DNA from: an uncultured virus (IMG/VR IMGVR_UViG_3300036791_000540)
Taxonomy: Duplodnaviria > Heunggongvirae > Uroviricota > Caudoviricetes
Virus record (IMG/VR): IMGVR_UViG_3300036791_000540
DNA length: 64,000 bases
Reading direction: 5' to 3' (one strand)
Part shown: positions 18,007 through 27,284 of the stretch, one piece after another
How positions within the stretch are numbered: the stretch's first letter is position 1
Layout: each line of letters opens with the position of its first letter
Program-made: the position numbers and the translations under genes
Notes under the pieces: model-generated
Database searches by the model: none
Told to the model about the DNA's origin: nothing
What the model saw: the letters and a program-made list of their open reading frames with translations, nothing else

Positions 18007-18425
18007 GGCGAACGACGCTCCGCAATACAACCGAAGTGCCCAACGAGCTGGTCTGGGAGATAATCAGGTTCGTCCAGCCGCCAGCAACCACTGGCGTCCG
18101 AATCAGACTTCACAATTCCAGCTGGCATTACAGTGGACACGCGGGCGGTCGTAGCTGTCTGGTTAAGATCACCCCTGACAAGAAGATCTTCCCGCGCTTC
18201 TACAAGCCCTACCAATACGGGCCGCAGAAAGGCAAGCGCTGGTGGGTTGCCAGCCACACAGAGATGCTGGTGATCCTGTTCGCGCACGAGCTGCGCCACT
18301 GCTGGCAAAGCCTGCGGCGCGCAAACAGGAAGGGCTACGCATGGGGCGCTCGGGGGCGCTACTCCGAGGTAGACACCGAAGCTTACGCACTACGCAAGCT
18401 CAGGCAGTGGCGCAGCAGCCACTGA
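18003..18425 (+). CDS. zincin-like (HExxH) metallopeptidase domain protein
   Basis: AHELRH.WQ and downstream E.D.E; AGGAGG upstream. Confidence 0.7.
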   Translation: MRRTTLRNTTEVPNELVWEIIRFVQPPATTGVRIRLHNSSWHYSGHAGGRSCLVKITPDKKIFPRFYKPYQYGPQKGKRWWVASHTEMLVILFAHELRHCWQSLRRANRKGYAWGARGRYSEVDTEAYALRKLRQWRSSH

Positions 18426-18437
18426 TGCGGGGGAGAG

Positions 18438-18472
18438 TCCGCAGCGCGTTAGTGCGCTGCGGATTTCTCTTT
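18438..18472 (+). terminator. intrinsic terminator
   Basis: TCCGCAGCGC / GCGCTGCGGA stem followed by TTTCTCTTT. Confidence 0.7.
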
Positions 18473-18565
18473 GTCTTTGGCGAATTTCTTCGCTCTTTTC
18501 TCTTTGGCTTTGGCCTTTTCCTTGAGCGCCTTCGCCTTCTTCGGATTTAGCTTCTTCTTCGGCAT
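18449..18565 (-). CDS. 38-aa Lys/Ala-rich peptide
   Basis: MPKKKLNPKKAKALKEKAKAKEKRAKKFAKDKEKSAAH; GAGGTG upstream. Confidence 0.5.
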   Translation of the reverse strand: MPKKKLNPKKAKALKEKAKAKEKRAKKFAKDKEKSAAH

Positions 18566-18617
18566 CGGTTTCACCTCAATTCTGCCCTGTGGATCTCTCG
18601 GTGATGGGCAGGGCTGC

Positions 18618-19088
18618 TCATCCCGCTGGGATCAATTTGTATTGTATCTCACCTACCTTAGCTGCCATACCCGGCCACGCTTCGTAAAGATAAATCCGAT
18701 TACTGTCGCCAGAATTATGCGTGATCTTCGGGTTCAGATGCTTGGCAAGGACGTAGGCGCACTCGCCGCACTTGTCGCTCGGGCCGCAGTCGCCGTAGAC
18801 GCCCCAGTGCCATTCGCGCGTCAAGAGATTAGTGACCCGTCCCATGCAGCCCAGAAAAACAGGCTTGATGCCTGTTCGCATCTTGGGGTGATAAACGATG
18901 TAAAAATCTTTCTCAGCGTTGAGCGTCGGATTGTAGCTGGTCTTGGACTGGTAATGCGGATCGCCGTGGCTCGGCCCCGCGCCATCGTTGCAGACGTCCA
19001 AGTTGCTGATGAACGTCATGTATTTGTCGTCATCGCTTTTGAAAATCTCTGTGCCGTCAGCGACGGTCAGGAAGTGAATCAGTTTCAT
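18618..19088 (-). CDS. GH75 (chitosanase)-like glycoside hydrolase
   Basis: LDVCNDG, Q..TS, YIV, GDCGP...GE.A..LA resemble GH75 motifs. Confidence 0.65.
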   Translation of the reverse strand: MKLIHFLTVADGTEIFKSDDDKYMTFISNLDVCNDGAGPSHGDPHYQSKTSYNPTLNAEKDFYIVYHPKMRTGIKPVFLGCMGRVTNLLTREWHWGVYGDCGPSDKCGECAYVLAKHLNPKITHNSGDSNRIYLYEAWPGMAAKVGEIQYKLIPAG

Positions 19089-19648
19089 AGGGGTCGTTTG
19101 CAGGTTGGGCAGATCGCAGGACTGCTGGTGATGCCAAGGATTGAATCAGTTATCGCGCCGCAGATTTTTCCAAAATATTCAATGTAAAGTTTGGCGTCCT
19201 CTTTGGAGTTAACGAAACAGACTTCGATGAGGATGGCTGGCTTGGTCGTCTTGTTGAGAAAGTGGAGGTCGGTGCGTTTCTTTGCGCCACGATCTATGAG
19301 ACCCGAAGCATCAGCGATTGCCTTGGAGACCTTTTTCGCCAGCGCTTCCTGCGTGACATAAAGAGTCTCGGTTCCTATTGGCAGATCTGTTGTGCCGCCG
19401 CTGGAATTGAAATGGACTGACACATCGAGGTCTCGGGTCTGCTTGTTATGGAAATCAGTGATCGCGTTCAGGTTTGCGCTCTGGGAGGTGGCATTGTTTT
19501 CATGGAACACTACGACAGCAGTGGCATCGGAATCGCGTATGATCGAGGCTACTCGCTCAACCACTTTGCGGGCCTCGGTGACTTCGTTGAGCAGGTCAGC
19601 GGCCCCTGATACCTTTGCGCCGTGCCCACTTGAAATTACAATTCTCAT
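19085..19648 (-). CDS. endolysin, N-acetylmuramoyl-L-alanine amidase (Amidase_3)
   Basis: SSGHG, NE, SVHFN, ILIEVCF. Confidence 0.92.
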   Translation of the reverse strand: MRIVISSGHGAKVSGAADLLNEVTEARKVVERVASIIRDSDATAVVVFHENNATSQSANLNAITDFHNKQTRDLDVSVHFNSSGGTTDLPIGTETLYVTQEALAKKVSKAIADASGLIDRGAKKRTDLHFLNKTTKPAILIEVCFVNSKEDAKLYIEYFGKICGAITDSILGITSSPAICPTCKRPL

Positions 19649-19649
19649 A

Positions 19650-20012
19650 TTAGTAGTTTGGCTCCGTATCTAATTGTTCAATGATGTTAAATTGCGGCGC
19701 TGGTGGCCATTTGTCTTTGGGAATGTGCAAGGCTTCCATGATCAGCTCGTTTTGTTTGAAAGTTGCCCTCGCGTAGTTCCCCCACGTTGTTTGGTTCCTG
19801 AAAATGACACCCACCTGCTTGACCGACGCCTCATGCGCTCTGTCCACTTCAGAACGGGTTTCGCTGCCGTTACGGCTGGTGTTCCAGATGCCCCCGCTCT
19901 GCACAACAAGAAGGACTACCATGAGCAGTTTGGAAACGTTATCCCCAGACGCCAGCGTTGTAAGAAGGCTGCCCATGCCACCATTGGGTTTAATTGGTTC
20001 ATTACTCATCAT
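19650..20012 (-). CDS. membrane protein, possible holin/lysis factor
   Basis: One hydrophobic helix; directly upstream of the amidase. Confidence 0.5.
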   Translation of the reverse strand: MMSNEPIKPNGGMGSLLTTLASGDNVSKLLMVVLLVVQSGGIWNTSRNGSETRSEVDRAHEASVKQVGVIFRNQTTWGNYARATFKQNELIMEALHIPKDKWPPAPQFNIIEQLDTEPNY

Positions 20013-20251
20013 CTTCTTCCTGATTCTGTCACAGGTGGCAACGGCACAAAGCTTTCGTTGTGTTTTTGCTGCTCATACATCTGAGTTATGCTGTTAATGT
20101 AATTTACCAATGCTTCGGTAACCTCTTCTTCTGTTGCTGGTCGGGCAACAGGGTTGTCCTCGTCAATCGATTGGTTCAGGAACAGCATTTTGCCGAAAGC
20201 TTCCATGACTCTTTCTTCATCTTCAGGTGCGATTTCAATTATGATGTTCAT
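20009..20251 (-). CDS. small acidic protein
   Basis: Probable start MNIIIEI. Confidence 0.5.
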   Translation of the reverse strand: MNIIIEIAPEDEERVMEAFGKMLFLNQSIDEDNPVARPATEEEVTEALVNYINSITQMYEQQKHNESFVPLPPVTESGRR

Positions 20252-20389
20252 AAATTGTGGTGGATCATTCGTCCATTTCCTCCAGCCTGATTTTCTGGCG
20301 CTTGAACCAGCTGTAGACACCAAGGAACGCGCCAATGGTTGACCCGAAGAACGCGCAGAGGGCATTGATCAGCAGTAACGTGGTAGCAC

Positions 20390-21289
20390 TCATAATTCGA
20401 CGATTGTCACGCCGATACCCGTGACTGTAAACAAGGCAGTAGCGGAAGTAGAAGCCTGCACCAAATCAAACCAGTAAGCCGTGTTAATTGTCAGTCCTGT
20501 GATTAGTGCTGTGCAAGTCATAGCAGAAGCGGCATTGGCGTTTGCGATTGAACCACTAGAAGCACTATTGCCAGCCACAGTGCCAGTCGCTGCCGCGCCA
20601 TTATTAGGGGCTGTGCCTGTTCCATATCTTATGTTGATAACCCCAAACTGACTGGCCACATTTGTTCCACCACTTGCATTTATTATGACCAGAGCAACAC
20701 CGCTGTATTTAGGCGTGAACGCTTGCTTTAAGCCGCACATGACGCCTGCTGTGTTGGCTGTGCCTGCGGGATTTGCCGGGGCAGCTTGCAGGATGTTCGT
20801 GCTAGCGGGAGCGTAAGCGCCGCCAGCCGTGCCATAAACTTGTTGACCAGTTGTCGGCGCGGTGCCTGTGCCAAGGCCGCCACGAACAGGCGCGAGCGTC
20901 CCAGTCCAGCCAGCCTGAATCTTTGCGGCTGCCAGTAACGCAGTTGCAGGACTCCCACTCAGCGCGAGCGTGACATTTGTGTCGTCGCCTTCGGTCAACG
21001 GTTGCCCCGCTGGCGCACCCGGGGTTATCCATGAGCGCGTTCCCGTAGTCGTCGATGAAAGTATCTGTCCGTTTGCAGAAGGATTGCCCAGAGCTGGTTC
21101 AAAAACGTTGGGAGTTACGCCTACGGTCACATCGCCTGTGCCAGAATCCGCGCCAGAGGACGAGATCGTGATGCTTGTGCCTTGAACTATTTTGGCTACA
21201 ACAGCCAGACTCGGAGTAGTAACGTCCAGATCGACACGCTGAATCGTGTGATCCAGAATCTGTGTCCCTCTGATATTTGTTGCTCCCAT
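20390..21289 (-). CDS. tail fibre/virion appendage protein
   Basis: Gly/Thr/Ala-rich; EPALGNP module; C-terminal beta domain paralogous to 59115..59729. Confidence 0.7.
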   Translation of the reverse strand: MGATNIRGTQILDHTIQRVDLDVTTPSLAVVAKIVQGTSITISSSGADSGTGDVTVGVTPNVFEPALGNPSANGQILSSTTTGTRSWITPGAPAGQPLTEGDDTNVTLALSGSPATALLAAAKIQAGWTGTLAPVRGGLGTGTAPTTGQQVYGTAGGAYAPASTNILQAAPANPAGTANTAGVMCGLKQAFTPKYSGVALVIINASGGTNVASQFGVINIRYGTGTAPNNGAAATGTVAGNSASSGSIANANAASAMTCTALITGLTINTAYWFDLVQASTSATALFTVTGIGVTIVEL

Positions 21290-21291
21290 TT

Positions 21292-22281
21292 TTACGGCCC
21301 AGTTGTGGCTGCGCCTTTCACGTATGTCACGCGAACCCTGTCAGTCGCCAGCGGTGCAATTGGGAACGTGACCGTCGGGCCTGAAATTGTGTAATCGTTG
21401 CCAGAGCCGGGCTCCTGCAGGAGACCGTTAAAGAAGATCATCTCGCCGCCAACAACAGGCGTATTTGCTAGGGTGAAAACTGTGGTCGTTCCATTCGTTG
21501 TCAGAGCTTCTCGGATGACGTAATCCTGTTTCAACAGGACAACGCCCTGATTAACCGCTATGGTGCCGTTGTTGTTTGGAGCAGCACCAGTCAGAACGAT
21601 TGTGTTATCAGCCTTGACAATGTTCAGTACTTGACCAGTGCGTTGCAAACCTGCGCCAGCTTCTATGTCCTGCGGCCCCGGTATCTCTGTAAAACTGATC
21701 GCACCCGTGCCAATCGGCCCGCTAGCCGCATCGGCCACAGACAGCCAGATGGTGTCATGGTATTGCGTGCCTTCCTGTATGCTGACGATCAGGCCGGGCA
21801 CCTGCGCCCATGTGTTCATAGCTGGCGAGCGCGTCCACGCGCCAGCAGCCACCACCCAAAGTCCGTTGCTGGCAGCAGCCGTCTGGCCGTTGCACATGAC
21901 AACGTCGCCGACAGCGAGCGCGATGCCGTCAATTGTTTGCGTGGCGCTCTGGGTCACGTTCGCCGCAGCCGTAACCCGCGCAGTCGCAGAAGAAGTTGCT
22001 GCCCCGCCAGATATCGCGGAATCGACATAATGCTTCGTCGCGCCATCCTGCGGATTAACAGGATCGGCCAACTGGTTGATTGGATGCGTCCCAGTAGGCG
22101 CAGTCGGTGTGCCGCTGCCCATTTGAAGCGCGGCAGCCATCGGGCGCGAGCCATCGTTAAAGATTAGCTTGGCTCCATCAGCCAGTTTGCTTGTCTGGAT
22201 TGCTGCTGTTGCCGAAATCTCAGCATCGACAATGCTGACTGGCATTATCTGCGTATTTCCACGAATCTGTGTGGTAGCCAT
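21292..22281 (-). CDS. tail fibre/virion appendage protein
   Basis: LADP..PQD.ATK.YVD; QTIDG...GD.V...Q....NG.W; NGLLQ..DYT modules. Confidence 0.75.
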   Translation of the reverse strand: MATTQIRGNTQIMPVSIVDAEISATAAIQTSKLADGAKLIFNDGSRPMAAALQMGSGTPTAPTGTHPINQLADPVNPQDGATKHYVDSAISGGAATSSATARVTAAANVTQSATQTIDGIALAVGDVVMCNGQTAAASNGLWVVAAGAWTRSPAMNTWAQVPGLIVSIQEGTQYHDTIWLSVADAASGPIGTGAISFTEIPGPQDIEAGAGLQRTGQVLNIVKADNTIVLTGAAPNNNGTIAVNQGVVLLKQDYVIREALTTNGTTTVFTLANTPVVGGEMIFFNGLLQEPGSGNDYTISGPTVTFPIAPLATDRVRVTYVKGAATTGP

Positions 22282-22293
22282 GATGTTTTACCT

Positions 22294-22776
22294 CTATGAT
22301 GGTTGATAATCAGTCAGTAAAGAATCGCCCGTAATCGGGGCCGATGTTAGCACAAAATGAGTCGCATCTGCGATTGTGAAATCTGTGGTGGGCCGCTGGC
22401 GCAAGCCATTGAGATAAACGGCGAGCGAAGCCGCAACGAATGGCTTGCTGATCGTGAACGTGGTGTTCGTCCCGTCGATTGCGCCAGTCGGAACCTCGCC
22501 AACCACGCCCACTCCAGAGCCGCCCGTTGGCGGGGCGATCCAATAGCGCACACCCAACGCGGTTGAGGCCAGAATGTAACCGTCTGTGGTCGGATTACCG
22601 AGGCTCGGTTCAAACGCTGGCGCGTTTGTGATCTTGTTCCACTCGAGAGAAGTTATCCACGGCGGATCAGCGTATCTGCCCGTGAGGGACACATAGAACG
22701 CCGCGTAATCTGCTGGATACGGTGTGACAACGCCAGTGCGCCCGAATGTGACCGATGGTTCCCACGGGTATCTCAT
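22294..22776 (-). CDS. short fibre-module protein
   Basis: FGRTG, EPSLGNP and VYLNGLRQ modules shared with neighbours. Confidence 0.7.
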   Translation of the reverse strand: MRYPWEPSVTFGRTGVVTPYPADYAAFYVSLTGRYADPPWITSLEWNKITNAPAFEPSLGNPTTDGYILASTALGVRYWIAPPTGGSGVGVVGEVPTGAIDGTNTTFTISKPFVAASLAVYLNGLRQRPTTDFTIADATHFVLTSAPITGDSLLTDYQPS

Positions 22777-24596
22777 TACATACGTCTTGCTTCGATATAG
22801 CCTGAACCGTTCGAGAGAAGAGCCGATTGCGCTACCAGATAAACGGTTGTGGTAGCTGTCAGACTTAACCGTCGATTCGGCAAAGCCACGCTTGCGATGA
22901 ATGACTGAGTGCCCACCGCATTGTTGATTGCCACGCCGTAACTTTGGGTGCCATCATCGGCTATTGTCACTGATGTGGTGCTGATATCGGCTACCAATAG
23001 AGAGATTCCATTAGCGGCAACCGCCATACTGAAAATGACGTTGCCGCGCACGTCCCATTCGCCAGCAGGCAACGAGATACTAAGGACATTGACAAAAGCA
23101 CCTGCGGCTAAAGCGATTTGGGATGCTCGCGCCAGAGTCGCTCTGATGACTTGCCCGACAATTCCTGCGCCCGGCGCGCTGCCATCGGTTCTGCCAAGAA
23201 GGGTGCCCGTAAACACGCCAGCCGAATTTATGCTTGCAAGGCTCGCGCCTGTGGAATCCTGCCATTCCTGCAAGTCAGCAGTCTGCGAGGCCGCGCCTTG
23301 AACAGCCAAAGCGATGTTGCCAGCTAAGTTAGAAAAGAACGTGTTGGGCTGTGTGCCAACAGTGCTCGCGACTGTGGCAAAAACCTGACCAGCCGCACCG
23401 TCTAGGGTGATCCGATTCGCTCCGACAATCTGAATAAAAGGGCCAGTGTTCGTGGTGTTGCGATACACATTGCAAAGCATGCTGCCAGTGAAATACAACC
23501 CAGACTGAGAAAGCGAAAAATAAGAGCCAGTGTCAGTTGAATTACGAAACTCAATTACGTCGTTAACAGTTGCATCGGCGATTATCTTGATTGGCGTTGG
23601 TGCCCCGGCTGATTGCGTCCACCTGTGCAAACCTGTCCAGTTGTAGGCGGCTGTCTGGTCAAGGCCGACAATGCCACTGGTGTTGGTGATTGGTGCAGCA
23701 ACACCAGTCAGAGTTCCACCCGCTGGTGCGATCCAGCTACGCACTCCAGCAGTCGTTGAACTGAGCACGTAACCGTTGGACGCTGGGTTGCCAAGTGCAG
23801 GCTCGTAGAGCGTCGTATCAACGCCGAGCGTGCCATTGCTGCCACTGGTCTTAACAAACCCGTTAGCAGTCAAATTGTTGATAGCCGTGAAACGTGGTGA
23901 AGCACTAAACTGGCCGGGGGAAGCCGATCCGAATGGATTGCAAAACACGGTTCCTGCAGCCGCCAAGCTCGCCGTAAAAGATAATGCTGGCGTTGAACTC
24001 GCATTGTTCACCAAGGTCGTAAAAAGAGGACTCAAATTTCCCGAGCTAAACGAAGTCACCGTGCCGGGGTTACCGATAGGCGGCGCAATCCAACTCCGCA
24101 CACCAAGAGTCGTAGAGGAAAGGATGTAACCATTTGCGGCTGGATTGCCAAGTGCTGGCTCGGAAATGGGCAGACCAAACCAGCCACGGGTTCCAGCTGC
24201 GTTCGTCCCGTAGTATTGCGAGTTGGCAGGGGTTGGCACATCGCCCACCAGCGTTACGACGTTCGAGTTAAGATCAGGGCCAGTGCCAGCCAAGCTCTGC
24301 AGAGAATCGCGGAAAACCAGCGGGATCGGCGCATTTGTCAGCTTGCCGTAATCGAGAGATGTGATCCACGCAGGGTTTGCGTATCTGCCAGTCAGTGACG
24401 GATAGAACAGCGCGTAATCGCCAGCCTGCGCTACGACCGCACCCGAGCGCCCGAAGACTGACGTTACAGCCGCGTTGGCCGCGCCGTTAAACCTGTTCCA
24501 GTCTACCTGCGATAAGTAACCGTCACTGGTCGCAGTCGCCTGCGACATTGACAGGACGTTGCCGTAATAGCGAAATAAGATATTCCCGTTAGACAC
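22776..24596 (-). CDS. tail fibre protein
   Basis: GYLS..DW..FN, VTSVFGRSG, two EPALGNP modules, C-terminal beta domain. Confidence 0.75.
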   Translation of the reverse strand: MSNGNILFRYYGNVLSMSQATATSDGYLSQVDWNRFNGAANAAVTSVFGRSGAVVAQAGDYALFYPSLTGRYANPAWITSLDYGKLTNAPIPLVFRDSLQSLAGTGPDLNSNVVTLVGDVPTPANSQYYGTNAAGTRGWFGLPISEPALGNPAANGYILSSTTLGVRSWIAPPIGNPGTVTSFSSGNLSPLFTTLVNNASSTPALSFTASLAAAGTVFCNPFGSASPGQFSASPRFTAINNLTANGFVKTSGSNGTLGVDTTLYEPALGNPASNGYVLSSTTAGVRSWIAPAGGTLTGVAAPITNTSGIVGLDQTAAYNWTGLHRWTQSAGAPTPIKIIADATVNDVIEFRNSTDTGSYFSLSQSGLYFTGSMLCNVYRNTTNTGPFIQIVGANRITLDGAAGQVFATVASTVGTQPNTFFSNLAGNIALAVQGAASQTADLQEWQDSTGASLASINSAGVFTGTLLGRTDGSAPGAGIVGQVIRATLARASQIALAAGAFVNVLSISLPAGEWDVRGNVIFSMAVAANGISLLVADISTTSVTIADDGTQSYGVAINNAVGTQSFIASVALPNRRLSLTATTTVYLVAQSALLSNGSGYIEARRM

Positions 24597-24597
24597 A

Positions 24598-24918
24598 TTA
24601 GTTCTGGCTGTAATTTCCCCAGACGTTTACCGCGCCCGGCGTGCCTGCCGTGATGATGTCGAGACCGCCAATGATCGGGATCGGCGAGGCCAGATTTTGC
24701 ACCACCACAGGCGCGGCGCTGACCACTAGCGCAGCGATTGTGTAAAGCACTATCGGCGTCGGCGATCTGTCTTGAATCTTCAAGCTCCATCCTGTCCCAG
24801 CGTTGGAGCAGCTGTATTGCAAGCTGTAAAGGTAGATCGTGTTCGGCGCGACGTTTGTCGTGAGGCTGCCAGTTATCGACCGCACGAACGGAATGTTGAC
24901 GCGGAATTCTTGGCCCAT
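24598..24918 (-). CDS. virion structural protein
   Basis: Beta-rich 106 aa; GAGGAGG upstream. Confidence 0.6.
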   Translation of the reverse strand: MGQEFRVNIPFVRSITGSLTTNVAPNTIYLYSLQYSCSNAGTGWSLKIQDRSPTPIVLYTIAALVVSAAPVVVQNLASPIPIIGGLDIITAGTPGAVNVWGNYSQN

Positions 24919-24931
24919 TGTGGCCTCCTCG

Positions 24932-25243
24932 CTAATGGCCTATAACCGTCCAAGCAGTGCCGTTCCACCAAACCAAGTACGGCGTTGTGCCAGTGCCAGC
25001 CAGTGCTGCGCCCCAAGCTAACGCTGGAACGCCGTCGCTGACTTGTGCCATTTGTCCGATCACTGGTGTTGCTGGCAAATTGGCTGTGAGAACTGGGCTA
25101 CCAGCTGGGGTTGAAAGGCCAAGGTTCGCCTGCGCCTTTGCTAACAGGTTCGTTGGCTGTCCTGTTTTTGTTAAGAATTCACCGAACGCCCTGTCCCGTT
25201 GGAGCCCGATTGCTCCTCTGTATCGAGTTACTACTGCTGCCAT
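24932..25243 (-). CDS. virion structural/decoration protein
   Basis: A..NLGL, ANLP..P..G......DG, W.NGT.W. Confidence 0.6.
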   Translation of the reverse strand: MAAVVTRYRGAIGLQRDRAFGEFLTKTGQPTNLLAKAQANLGLSTPAGSPVLTANLPATPVIGQMAQVSDGVPALAWGAALAGTGTTPYLVWWNGTAWTVIGH

Positions 25244-25261
25244 AACTTTCCCTTCTATTAC

Positions 25262-25302
25262 GCTGCTCTGGAGGGGGAATTGCCCCCTCCAGATTGGTCA
25301 GC
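25262..25302 (-). promoter_or_regulatory. intergenic hairpin downstream of the capsid genes
   Basis: Perfect 10-bp stem CTGGAGGGGG / CCCCCTCCAG plus outer GCTG / CAGC; no U-tract on the coding strand. Confidence 0.55.
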
Positions 25303-25329
25303 TTTGTATTTTTGGGTTACGATTTCTTT

Positions 25330-26019
25330 TTACGCCAGAGGCACATACCTGACCCACGCACTAACACTTCCACCCGTGGCGGCTGAAAGAGTCGCGCTGC
25401 TCAGAGTCAGATACAGAGCCGTGGGCTGACTGAAGAATCCGAGGTTGGCACTGTTAGGCTGCACTGTCGTCATGTTCGCGTCTGACGGTGCCGTGGTGAC
25501 GTCGAGTGCCGCGCCATAGGTGTTCCCGTTGCCGTCGCTCACTTGCGCCGTGCAAGCGCCTGCGCCTGCTACGGCTTGACTGTGTTTCACCCTGACCAAC
25601 TGGACAATTGCGCCGGGCGGCATGTAGCCCAGCAAGAACTGTCCGCCTGCAGGGGGTTGCGCGAATTGCGCGAGACCGACCACAAACTCGCTGCCTTGCC
25701 CGTAGGCATCAGCCACACGGTCTGGCCCCGGGTTGATCACCGCAGCTGGCACCACGGGCGCGAGTCCCGCGAGTTGTACGGCTGACAAGGGCGGCTTGTA
25801 AGGTGGCCCTGCCGCGAGTGGATCGACTCCTAGCCCAGCCGACATCGGCGACATCCCTACTCCTGCGCCTCCGCCGCTCTGCTGGATCGCTTTGATGATC
25901 TCATCCTTCGTGGCGTGCGAAGGCACATCGATCCCTTTCTCTTCCGCCATTGCTTTCAACTCAGCGACTGTGTGCTGTTCCAGATCCGCTTCGGGATCTG
26001 CTATTTTTTGATTTGCCAT
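25330..26019 (-). CDS. Rho_N/HeH-domain protein fused to a beta-rich (decoration-like) domain
   Basis: TVAELKAMAEEKGI......KDEIIKAI; follows the major capsid gene. Confidence 0.65.
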   Translation of the reverse strand: MANQKIADPEADLEQHTVAELKAMAEEKGIDVPSHATKDEIIKAIQQSGGGAGVGMSPMSAGLGVDPLAAGPPYKPPLSAVQLAGLAPVVPAAVINPGPDRVADAYGQGSEFVVGLAQFAQPPAGGQFLLGYMPPGAIVQLVRVKHSQAVAGAGACTAQVSDGNGNTYGAALDVTTAPSDANMTTVQPNSANLGFFSQPTALYLTLSSATLSAATGGSVSAWVRYVPLA

Positions 26020-26054
26020 AATTTTTTTCCTAGTTTGGTTTTAACGATGGTGAG

Positions 26055-27281
26055 TTACGCTGGTGTCAGAGCCAATGAGGCCGTCGGCCGTTTGTAGAGG
26101 ATCGCGACAATCGCGTGCGGGTGCTCTGGTTTGAACGCTCGCGCGATTTCGTAAATGTGCTGCCCGAAATCTCCCCAGAAATTCGCGTCAGCGTCGATGA
26201 GCTGCCGGAATTGGAGACCGTTATTACTGATCGGCGCGGAGAAATCGAATCCCGGGATCTTGTAGCTCTCAGGCGTCAATCGCCTGAAACCATTTTTTCC
26301 GATCAAGAACATGAACTCGTAGGTCGCGCCGATCCACGCAGGATTGGGACGCGCTGCGAAGCCCGTCGACACCTGCACGGCAACGTAAGGCTCCAGCAGA
26401 ACTGGACTCAGATACGTCACACCACCGACCACCTGAGTGTTCAGGGTCGTGCAGCGCAACGGTCGTGGATCGATTCCCCAGCCGATACCGTGGTACGGGC
26501 CTTGGAATTTGTATCCTTGGATGGTCTCTTGTCCCAGCGCGTAACGACCGGTCGTCAGCGCCCTGATGTCCTCACGGATGTCCAGCTCGTCCCTGAACAA
26601 TTGGATCGAGTCCTGTGACGCGATGCAGAGCATCCCGCCCTCGCTCTCTTCGCCGTCGTAAGGATCTACCTGCAACGTCTCGCGGACGTAAGTCGCGGTG
26701 TATTCCAGACCGCGAAATGACATCGGCGAATCCGGTATCCTATTCGGGAACAATGTGCCAACCGCGTTGATATCGCCTGCGAAATCGCCCGGGCTCCCTG
26801 TGAACGGGCCCGTCGAATCTGCCACCAATTTGCAGCCGCCTTGGTCGAGGTATGCCGCCCGGATATCAGCTCCCGTGACTTCCTTGATGGCTTCCTTCAA
26901 GCTGTTGATGATTGCTGGATACGAACTCGCCCATGCGGTTCGAGTCGTCTTGACGCAGACCTTTGGCCCACGCTCGCGCAGCGTTTTAAGCTGGTATTGA
27001 AACTCGGTCGTGCCGACCTGAGTGGTTCCGCCTGCCTGTCCGCAGATCTGTTCATCTGGGACAAACACTGGTCGCGCTAAACTAGCCGCTGGCAACGCGC
27101 GCTCTGCGACCACGCTACGAACGAGCGTGGACACATTGGGCAACGTCCCACTAGACACCGTGTTGCTGTAGGGCTCACGCCTGACAACGAACTCGGCGAC
27201 CGGGCCCACGAGGCGATTGGCATCTTTATTGGCCAAATCGACCACTTGGCTCGGGGTGATCATGTCGCTTTGATAAGCCAT
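26055..27281 (-). CDS. major capsid protein
   Basis: 408 aa, downstream of portal and scaffold, with its own promoter; call from position and size. Confidence 0.7.
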   Translation of the reverse strand: MAYQSDMITPSQVVDLANKDANRLVGPVAEFVVRREPYSNTVSSGTLPNVSTLVRSVVAERALPAASLARPVFVPDEQICGQAGGTTQVGTTEFQYQLKTLRERGPKVCVKTTRTAWASSYPAIINSLKEAIKEVTGADIRAAYLDQGGCKLVADSTGPFTGSPGDFAGDINAVGTLFPNRIPDSPMSFRGLEYTATYVRETLQVDPYDGEESEGGMLCIASQDSIQLFRDELDIREDIRALTTGRYALGQETIQGYKFQGPYHGIGWGIDPRPLRCTTLNTQVVGGVTYLSPVLLEPYVAVQVSTGFAARPNPAWIGATYEFMFLIGKNGFRRLTPESYKIPGFDFSAPISNNGLQFRQLIDADANFWGDFGQHIYEIARAFKPEHPHAIVAILYKRPTASLALTPA

Positions 27282-27284
27282 AGT

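Noticed and set aside
20390..24596. Diversity-generating retroelement or invertible fibre cassette
   Set aside because: No reverse transcriptase or recombinase; repeats are diverged protein modules, not adenine-specific template/variable pairs
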